Shown one piece after another: positions 43,152 through 53,696 of a stretch of DNA of 64,000 nucleotides. The notes below the pieces were generated by a model, which was not told the origin of the DNA, made no database searches, and was given only the letters and a program-made list of their open reading frames with translations. How positions within the stretch are numbered: position 1 is the first letter of the stretch; every line of letters starts with the position of its first letter. The stretch is from Octopus vulgaris (Eukaryota). The translations under genes and the position numbers were made by a program. The stretch lies in contig OX597830.1 in the NCBI GenBank assembly GCA_951406725.2, positions 6,262,001 to 6,326,000 of the forward strand. Reading direction: 5' to 3'.

Positions 43152-44228
43152 AATAATAATAATAATTTGGGCAACAGGCCTGAAATTTGGGTGAGTGAGA
43201 CTAGTCGATTACATCGACTCCAGTGCTGCACTGGTACTTAATTTATCGACCCCGAAAGGATGAAAGGCAAAGTCGACCTCAGCAGAATTTCAACTCAGAA
43301 CGTTCTAACAATTCTGACAGCTCGGCACCTAACAACAACAACAACAACAACGACAACAAAAACAACAACAACAACAAATATCTAAAGTATTGTGTTTGTT
43401 TATGAGAACCCATTGAAATAAGAAGCATGCTGCGTTGCACGTGTGTGCGCATGCGTGTGTATGCATGTGCGTATTTGTATGTACGTAACCACATACCTAC
43501 ATGATTATATATATATACATATATATATATACACACATATGTTGTATACATACACACACACACACACACATATATAAATGGCAGCGGAGGTGGTGGCGGA
43601 GAGTATAGACGATGATGAAGATTATCAGGAATTGATGATGGTATATGGCATGGTGAAGGCGGTGGCGGCAGTCTTGATGGCGGAGGCGCTGGTGGTGGTG
43701 ATGTTGATGAGGGAAATGATTGTGATAATGATGACGACGACGACGACGGTGAAAATAATGGACAACGCAGATTAAAGAAACACAATACAAGGGTTTTAAG
43801 TGATTTTTCCATATTTCAAGAGCTTCAATGAATTTTGAGAAGAATTTAAGAATTTCAATTCCATATTTTATTCCATCAACTTTCCTGATAAACCGTTCCA
43901 CTTATGCACCAATGTGAACATTTCCTTTGCATACACACACATTTACATTCATACCTACGCACAAACGACAGTATATATATGTATATGCGTATGTATATAT
44001 ATATATATATATCAATATATATGTGTTTGTGAGTATGTATACAATATGGGTACGTGTCTGTACACACATCTGTATATAAGTATATGTGTGTGTGTGTGTG
44101 TGTATATATATAACAATATATATATATGTGAGTGTGTATGTGTATGTGTGTGTGTGTGTTTGTTTGTATGTCTATATATCTATATATGTATATGTATATC
44201 TATCTATATATATATGTGTGTATATATG

Positions 44229-44360
<132 letters not shown>

Positions 44361-45296
44361 CACATATACATACATATATACTGTATACACACACATATAT
44401 AGATGACAGTGAAGGTGGTGGTGGATGGTAGAGATGATGATGAAGTTATTAAGGATTTCGTTACGTATGAATGTGTGTGTTCCTGTGTGGATATATATAC
44501 ATATGCATGTTTACGCATGCGTTGTTGCCTAGTGACAAATATCTCATTTATACATGTTAAAACGTCACGCATAAGTAAGGACATAAACACGCACACTCAC
44601 GCTCATGCATAAATACACACACACATACACAGAGACATACACGTAGAGACATACACATACACACACACACACAAATACATAGACATACACACGCATGCAT
44701 ATAAAATTACAAAGCATATGACAAATTTTGACGAGGCAATCACGACGGAAGAATAGTTCGAAGGATCGTTGTTGAATCACGAGGTTGTAGGTTCGATCCG
44801 ACTACGTGGTAGCCAAACCCCGTTGATGAAATTGTGGAAGCCCGGGTAATAATATCTTTCCTGTAAATAAAAGTCCAGATTTGTCAAACATTAGATCCCA
44901 CTGTTCCGGCCGCTCACATGTTAGACCAGGAAATTAAAGAAACTCACGACCATCGTCGACAAAGACAGAGGTTCATTGTAAATATATAAAATTATCAACA
45001 CATCGAATAAAACAACGCTATAATTTACAGAATTAAAAACGTAAAAAGAACAGGATATATAACAATTCATGTGCTCTTATATATATATATATACATATGC
45101 AGTACTGCATATGCATATATTTGCTTGTATAATATCTAAACGTGTCAGCATCATCTTCATCATTTAACATCCGTTTGCGATGCTGGCATAGGTGGGGCTA
45201 TGTGTATGTATATATAGATGTATACATACATAAATATGAACACTAAATTAACTTTGCGATTGAAGTTCAAATTGTACTTTATCCATACAGATTGGC

Positions 45297-45334
<38 letters not shown>

Positions 45335-45629
45335 CTGATTTTTTGTGTTCGTAAATACATACAGACCTACCCTATGAAGCGCCGTCACACGGCTGTTGCT
45401 GAAAAGTATTTAACTATATAGTAATTATACAGGATAATTTTGTATAATGGTATATTATGAATATAGGCTCATGAGCTTTAAGCTGGTGTGCAGTGCTGAA
45501 AACAAATGTGATTTAGCATGAAAGCCTAATACCCTCCATCTTCGTGTTATTATACATACATACATACATACATATATGCATACATACATATATGCATACA
45601 TACATATATGTATATATATATATGTATGT

Positions 45630-45680
<51 letters not shown>

Positions 45681-45701
45681 TTATATATATTTATATATAT
45701 C

Positions 45702-45742
<41 letters not shown>

Positions 45743-46010
45743 TATATACACATATATATATATGAGTGTGTGTATATACATATATAAATGTGTATGTTTG
45801 TATGTATATATGTATACATGTATATATTTATATACATATATATACATGCACATATATATAAAGGTATGCATGTATGTGTATTTATATGTATGTATGTATG
45901 TATATAAGATATATTCCAAACCTGACTCATTGTTTACAAAACATTGCTGTAAAAGAACATAAACACAAATACAGTCTTTAAATTAAATCACAGGTTTATC
46001 CCTCCATGCC

Positions 46011-46077
<67 letters not shown>

Positions 46078-46162
46078 TGTTACAATTCACATATCCATGT
46101 ATTCATTTATCCGAATGTAAGATAAGAGAGTTTGAACACGATAACTCGGGTTATGCAGTTTG

Positions 46163-46615
46163 TCAAAATCTTCCCTGCTGCTGCCCTTCCTGTCGTCCTT
46201 TTAACATAGCAGCTTCCTCCTCCTTTTTCCGCCGATTATATTCGTCTATGGCATATTGATACTTAGGGCTGGTTATACCAAGCGCCCATCCCAGTTTCTC
46301 ACCACACATCTCAGCAGTTTTTACTGATTTCCGAAAAGCAACTGTCAAATAAAACCAAATCCATGGTAAAATCGTTGGAGATCGTGGATCAAAAGATTTT
46401 GGCGGTACTAAAGGAGATTTGCTGTCATCACAACTGGTTGGTTCATCTTCTGAGGAAGAATATTCTTCAATGACACCGTCACTAAAATGTAATATCCTTT
46501 TCGGTATTTTCTTTTTCGTTTGGGTATTTCCATCTCCAAGATCAATGAAGCTGAGTTCTACATCTTTTGGTATACATTCCACTAAATTTACTTGAGAAAT
46601 TCTAGTTTCCGCCAT
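46163..46615 (-). CDS. FAM177A1: FAM177 family protein (FAM177A1-like), 150 aa, CDS in one exon
   Basis: Non-repetitive ORF starting GAAAATGGCG. It carries the FAM177 motifs KIPKRILHFSDGVIEEYSSSEDE, DP..(L)PW.W and CGEKLGWALGITSPKYQYAIDEY, followed by a charged tail. No stops or frameshifts. Confidence 0.9.
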   Translation of the reverse strand: MAETRISQVNLVECIPKDVELSFIDLGDGNTQTKKKIPKRILHFSDGVIEEYSSSEDEPTSCDDSKSPLVPPKSFDPRSPTILPWIWFYLTVAFRKSVKTAEMCGEKLGWALGITSPKYQYAIDEYNRRKKEEEAAMLKGRQEGQQQGRF

Positions 46616-47549
46616 TTTCTCCTAAGTTTGTTATATGTTTGTATCATTCATTCGAGATATCAATCTCAAATCGAGTCTATATATGTGCCTTGTTTCGCGT
46701 TTTTGTATATATAGTTGTATATGTGCGTATATATGTATATGTATGTGTATGCTTGTATGTACCTATGTATGAATATGAATATGTATGTTTATGATTGTGG
46801 GTATTTTATACAAGATGATACATACACTTCATCTGTATATTTGCGATTATATTCTTTTGGGATTCAATTATCAGATTTACTTTATTTTTCAGAAATACGT
46901 GAGCGTGTCAGTGCGTGTGTATTACTGCAACTACTTGCTCAAGTGTGTGATTTTGTGATTGTGCATTTCTTTATGTGTACGTCTGTGTTTGTGTATGTGT
47001 GCGTCTATCCGTGTTTGTGTTTGTGTGTGTGTGAGAGAGAGAGCGTGTGTTAGTTACAGAACTAACAATATGTTGAACAATATGATTAGAATAGAACAAT
47101 AACAGCGAATGTCGACGTGGTGGTATCAATAATTCCGAAGTCAGATGCAAACAGTTGGCGATGAATGAAAATTTAATCCAATTTATGAATATATTTGCTT
47201 TCTTCTTTTACAGATCCGAGTTCAAAATTTTCGCGGTGTTAATACACTCCTGCTTAAAGGTCACGTGGATTTCCATTAATCCTTGATAATCATCCGTCCT
47301 TGCAATTCAATATCATGGACTTTACGCATACATGGATCCATCCACGAAATCAACTACAAACATGTAGTGCAACCCTTTCGATTTCGCCTTGTAAACACCA
47401 CTGCGTCCGTGTGGAGTATATTCGTGTTGTTATTGTAGTTGTTCAACTTATTCGACAACACCAAATGCAACAATAACGATCTTAACCATAGAGACCATCT
47501 GCCGGAAGTCGTACAATCGGTGCGGAGTGGTGAGAGTGAGGAAGATGGG

Positions 47550-47587
<38 letters not shown>

Positions 47588-47972
47588 GAGAGAATGAGAG
47601 AGAAATTAAGAGTCACACGCGCACGCACGCACACATTCACAATTACACCCACTCCCACACACAGTTAATCCACTTAATTACAATAGCTTTGTGTTGTCAT
47701 TACACTTCATTTTTCATACAATAGATCGTTAGTTTTCTGTTTTTCTTTTTTCTTATTGTTGTTGTTGTTGTTATTGTGGGTGTTGTTGCTTTTGTTGTTT
47801 CTTCTTTTACTTTCTATTTCGTGCTTTATCTCCTATCTATTCAGGCAGCTACTTGTCGAACGGTCTGATCGCATCGCCTTCTCAACTTCCTGCTAGAGGC
47901 CACAACACCAAGTTTACACCAACAACGCATCGACAACACACTCTGGTTATATTTCTGATAATCAGCTCTTTT

Positions 47973-48258
47973 CTGCAAAAGTAAAGAAAAAATAACAAAA
48001 ATCAATATCAAAAACACCGTGTGTGTCTCTGTCTGTGTGTGTGTCTGTCTGCCTCTGTGTGTGTGAGTGTGTGTGTCTGTTTGTCTGTGTGTGAGTGTTT
48101 AAAAGAATTGCAAGCAATATATGTGTATAAACTATTAACAAGCAAGAGAATAAATATATAAATAGGTTAATAGATTTTATTTTTTGTATCTGTGCGTAAA
48201 GGTAGGAGATTTGAGGGATAAAGACTAATGATGTCTGCGTTTATGAAAGAGAGACTAC
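47973..48258 (-). other. Candidate 5'-UTR intron upstream of the FAM177 ORF
   Basis: On minus: donor CAG|GTAGTC and a strong acceptor TTTTGTTATTTTTTCTTTACTTTTGCAG|. No transcript evidence available. Confidence 0.3.
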
Positions 48259-48416
48259 CTGCTCTGAACGCACAGAGAAATCAATAGAACCTGCTGGACA
48301 GTAACCTGGTCGCTACACAACCGAACTATTGATGGCGGCTTTGTTTGAGGAACAGTAAAAATACCATGGCAACAAACCACCCGGACGTATGAGATCATTG
48401 TGCATGTATTCATGGA

Positions 48417-48474
<58 letters not shown>

Positions 48475-48714
48475 TGTATGTATGTATGTATGTATGTGTG
48501 TATGTATGTGTGTATGTATGTGTGTGTATGTATGAATACATATATGTATGTATATATATATATATATACATAAATTATATTATATATATATAAACATACA
48601 GAGAGACACAGACTCAAATGCTCTCACGCGCATACATTTACATATGTGTGTGTATTCATACATACAGGTACATTCTCACTCTCACTAAAACATATATGTA
48701 TGTATATATGTATA

Positions 48715-49082
48715 CTAGCAGTATCGGCCGGCGTTGCTCGGGTTTGTAAGGGAAATAACTATAAAGCATTTTTAGAGAGTTATAGCCAAAAAATAGCAAA
48801 AAAATGATGGTAAATTTTTTTTAGTTAAAAAGGTCGAGTTGCGTCCCCTAGACAGTCTGTGGTTTGTGTTTCTGATTCTCGACCCCATGTCGAATTTATC
48901 GATTTTTTCAGAACTGGGGAACTTTTCAAAATTTTCGCTGCGTTAGTTTTGAATTATGACATTGGGTTATGTGTGTGTCAAGTTTCATCAGAATCGGTTG
49001 AAAGCCGTGGTCAGGGTGAGGGTACAACCTGACAGGCACACAGAAACACACACAGACAAACTGCTGTTTATATAGAGAGAGA
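48715..49082 (-). mobile_element. Non-autonomous Helitron
   Basis: On minus: A|TCTCTCTCTATATAAAC ... CCCGAGCAACGCCGGCCGATACTGCTAG|T. The 3' ~90 bp are shared with 4725-5250. Confidence 0.8.
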
Positions 49083-49418
49083 TAAACGCACGTGAATGCT
49101 TACGTCAGACATGAGTCTTCACACCTGATTAAACCAGGAAGTTCAACTTGTTTCCTACAGTGTATAGGCTAAGATTTCTATAACTCCCACGGGGTGGGTT
49201 GCCATCCGTCGCTACGTCGAAATCCCCACCCAGCCGCGTAGTAATTGCTGTTACTTATTCAGTGCTGAATAACAACAAGAATGAAGAAATATTCTGATCA
49301 ATTTCACAAGAAATCCGCACCTTAAGTGATATTGGTTATATTGGCCCCTTATGATCGTATCTTTAAATCCCTTAACTTGAACAGTATGCACCTATATAAG
49401 TATGTACATGTACACGTA

Positions 49419-49456
<38 letters not shown>

Positions 49457-49489
49457 CTACTACCAACACCACAACCACCACCATCATCA

Positions 49490-49800
49490 TCATCATCATC
49501 GTTTAACGTTCGTCTTCCACACAGGCATGGGTAGGAAGGTTCACAAGATCCGGCCACGTAGAAGACGACCTCAGGCTACTGTGTCCGTTTTGGCGGGGCT
49601 TTTACACCTGGATGCCCTTCTCAACACCTACCACTCTGCAGTGTGGGCTCAGTACTTTTTACGTGGCTCTAGCATGGGCAAGGTTAGTTTGGTATGATTT
49701 TCGCAGCTGGATGCCCTTCCAAATGTCAACCACTTTACAGTGTGGCCTAGATGCTTATTTATGTGGTACCAACACTGGCAGAGTCCCCAGGTAACTCGCA
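49490..49800 (-). mobile_element. RTE-associated SINE/LINE-tail-like repeat with (GAT)n tail
   Basis: (CAT)n then CGTTTAACGTTCG...CATGGGTAGG, and two copies of CTGGATGCCCTTC. A related stub lies at ~45147-45200. Confidence 0.45.
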
Positions 49801-50204
49801 AGAGAAGGAATTTTAAGGAGAGGAACTTGTGTCGAAGAATGAAAGGTTAAAGTGAGACAGAGAGACAGAGAAGCAGAAACAAGTGTCTTGCTATAACAGA
49901 GGGGTCACTGGAGGTGGTGATCCGGGGTCAGATGATGAAAGGTCAGAGCGTTACAGAGAGGCAGAAATGGGTGTTTTGCTACAGAGGAGATAGAAGGTTA
50001 CCCAGCGAAACAGAAAGAGAGAGAGAGAAGAGAGAGGAGAAGAAGAAGGCAGTGGGAGAGAGGGAGAGAGGATGAGAGGGGGAGAGGAAAAGAGAGGGGG
50101 AGAGAGAAGTACAAGAAAGAGGACAGAAACAGGCGTGCTGCTGTAGATGAGATACGTGGCTACCCAGCCAGAAAGTAGAGCAACGGAAAGAGAGAGAGAG
50201 AAGG

Positions 50205-50645
50205 GAACGTAGAGAGAGGGGGAACAGAGAGAGGGGAACAGAAAGAGAGGGGAACAGAGAGAGGGGAACAAAAAGAGAGGGGAACAGAGAGAGGGGAGCA
50301 ATGAGAGAGGGGGACAGAGAGAGGGGAACAGAAAGAGAGGGGGGACAGAGAGAGAGGGGGAACAGAGGGAGAGGGGGAACAGTGAGAGAGGGAAACAGAG
50401 AGAGAGGGGGAACAGAAGAGAGGGGGAACAGAGAGAGGGGGAAACAGAGAGAGGGGAACAGAAAGAGAGGGGGAACAGAGAGAGGGTAACAGAAAGAGAG
50501 GAGAACAGAGAGAGAGGGGAACAGAAAGAAAGAGGGGGATCAGAGAGAGAGGGGGAACAGATTGAGAGAGAGAGAGGGGGAACAGATTGAGAGAGAGAAG
50601 GGGGAACAGAGAAAGAGAGGCGGGAACAGAGAGAGAGAGGGGGAA
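50205..50645. repeat. Purine-rich minisatellite, unit ~GAGAGAGGGGAACA
   Basis: More than 20 variant copies and almost no pyrimidines on +. Confidence 0.9.
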
Positions 50646-51013
50646 TACGTAGGAGGGAGGTGGTGAAGTGCTAGGGTATATTATAAAGGCGGCGGGCTGA
50701 CAGAATCGTTTGTACGCTGGCCGGAATGTTTAGTGGTATTTCCTCTGCCACTCTGTTCTGAGTTCAAATTCCGCCGAGGTCGACATTGCATTTAATTCTT
50801 TCGCGGTCAATAAATTAAGTACGAGTGAATCACTGGGGTTGATGTAATCGACTAGTGCCCTCCCACCAAATTCTTTCAGCCTAGTACTTATTTTATCGGT
50901 CTGTTTTGACGAACTGCTATATTACGGGAACATAAACACACAAACAAATGTTATCAAGTGGTATTGATGGTGGGCACACACACGCTCATATATATGTATA
51001 TAAATTAATATTC

Positions 51014-51190
51014 AAGGGCATTAAAAAGCAGTACCGACATGCTAAATATAACAGTCAAAATGATCAAAACACATATTTTTTCTTAAACACAAAGATGAAC
51101 ATTTTCACGTTTGTGTTTAAGTGAAAATTTGTGGTTTGGTCATTTTGACTGCTATATTTAGCATGTCGGCACTGCTTGTTAGTACCCTTA
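51014..51190. repeat. Imperfect foldback (~80-bp arms)
   Basis: AAGCAGTACCGACATGCTAAATATAACAGTCAAAATGA pairs with TCATTTTGACTGCTATATTTAGCATGTCGGCACTGCTT. Confidence 0.75.
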
Positions 51191-51519
51191 ATTATTGATT
51201 GATAATTTTTTACCGTTACGGGTTTTTTCTCTTGTGTGTAGCTAGAGAAAATGTCAGAAAGGTCAGTTAATCTTCAACAATTTTTTTTTAATTCTTAAAT
51301 ATATCTCCTTCTGTGTATATATATATATATATACTACTAAACAAACATGATTTTTATTGAACTCTACTTTTTGGGGTCCCGTTCTGATTACTTTCTCAAA
51401 TACTTTCTTGTAAACTGTTTTTAACATTTTCTTATTATTATCAAAGAATGTATATATGTATTTTAATATTTCGTGACAACCAGTACTTAACACAACAAAG
51501 CTTAAACAAAGCTTTACAT

Positions 51520-51567
51520 TTTACATTTGACAATCTTTTTCTAAAAAAGTGAAACCGGTCAAGTGAA
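51520..51567 (+). ncRNA. Degenerate minimal hammerhead-like motif, U3-A8 core
   Basis: TTTACAT-TTGACAA-T-CTTTTT(cta)AAAAAG-T-GAAA-CCGG-TC-AAGTGAA, with palindrome ACCGGT. One mismatch in stem I and one at the stem II base. Confidence 0.4.
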
Positions 51568-51679
51568 TAAACATCTTTAAGATTGCATATTTTCAAACCT
51601 TCTTTCATTTATATTTCCATTCGTGTGGTACCTTATAACGCTACTTTGTTATATATATATGTATATATGTATATATATA

Positions 51680-52176
<497 letters not shown>

Positions 52177-53084
52177 TAGGTAGGTAGGTAGATGTGTAGG
52201 TCTTTAAATATTTAATTGAAAACTTATTCAGTACCTTTTTGTACACTATTATATTCATTTTTAGAAGGAAATGGTTGACAGTGACTTCGCAGTTACGGCT
52301 AAGCAGCCGTTGTCCAGAAACCGAAATCATTAGTAACTATTTCCCTGTAAAAATAATAAGCATAAACAGATAGATAGATAGAAAAGAGAGAGCGGGGAAG
52401 AGAGAGAAGGAGAGAGCTGAGCAGGCACTGCTATGCGTTTAAGATTTTCGCCAAGCAAAACAATATTCTCTGGTTCAATCCCCTTTTGGGGAACACGCTT
52501 ATGGTGTAGCCCCACATATACCAATGTCTTGTGATTGAATTTCGTCAGCGTAATGCGTACAGAAAAATCCTGTCGGTTACGTGAACCATGTTTAGCTCTA
52601 ATGCATTTATTTCATTTCTTTTCTATAATCGTCGTGAAGTAGCATACGCCACGTTTGCGCCCACGCTCTGTCCAATGAAACATCTGGGATATGCATTGCA
52701 ACACATTCTTATCTGAGTAGGATGACGCATAAAATGAAGTACGCTGCTGGAGGACATAGAGTGTTGCCCGGTCCGCCAATGGATAACATGATCTTAACAA
52801 CATGAGCCCCCACCCACTTCAACCACTTGATTTTAAACGCCAACGATATTTCGGCTAAAAGCTATTTATAGAGGCATGAACTGCTAAGCACGAGAGATGA
52901 ATTGCACGTAATTCTAGCCGCCCATTTGTTTTCCTTTTACATGATATACACGTGTGAAGAGGCATTTGAGGCTGTTGTTCCTGTCCTATGGACTGATTAC
53001 GTCAGGGAGTAAGATGTGTGCGTGGAGGAACTGCTTCAACTGTGGTGATTGGTGGTGACTGTAACCAGTTGTTGTTTAACCTTT

Positions 53085-53560
53085 ATTTTTACTTGGTTCA
53101 GTCATTAGACTGCGGCCAAGCTGGGGCACCACCTTGAAGAGATTTCAGTCTAATGTATCGACTCTGGTATTTATTCTTCTTTTTGATCCTATTGGTCTTC
53201 TTTGCCGAACCGCTAAGTAACGAGCACGTAAACACACCCACCCTGGTTTGTCAAGCTGTGGTGGGGGACAAACAGACACGAACGCATAAACAGCACCCTC
53301 CACACACACATACACAAACAGACGTACGCTCACACACATACGCACGTACACACACATACGCACACATACACACACGTATATATACACATACATATATACG
53401 GCGGGATTATTTCAGTTTCCGTCAACCAAATCCACTCACAAGTCTTTCGTCGGCCCGAACCTATACTAGAAGACACTTGCCCAGGGTGCCACGAAGCGGG
53501 ACTGAACCTGCTAACCATGTAGCTAGGAAGCAAACATTTTTTTACTAAACAGCCACGCCC
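53085..53560 (-). mobile_element. SINE family 1, diverged
   Basis: Same head and tail motifs with an internal (CA)n. Confidence 0.7.
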
Positions 53561-53696
53561 TACATTTATTTATAATAACTATTTGCATTAATTTAGTTGT
53601 AGCAGATCGATAATAGCAAGGTAGCGTTTTTTTTATCGATCATGATCGAAGCGATGCATCGTAATCTTAGTAACAAGGCATCAGAGGAATTCCTTC

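Noticed and set aside
43279-43812. Pro/Ser-rich 177-aa ORF
   Set aside because: It is built from GGT/GAT/GAC trinucleotide runs, TA/TG repeats and a SINE remnant.
49326-49697. Poly-His ORF
   Set aside because: It is the (CAT)n tail of an adjacent retroelement.
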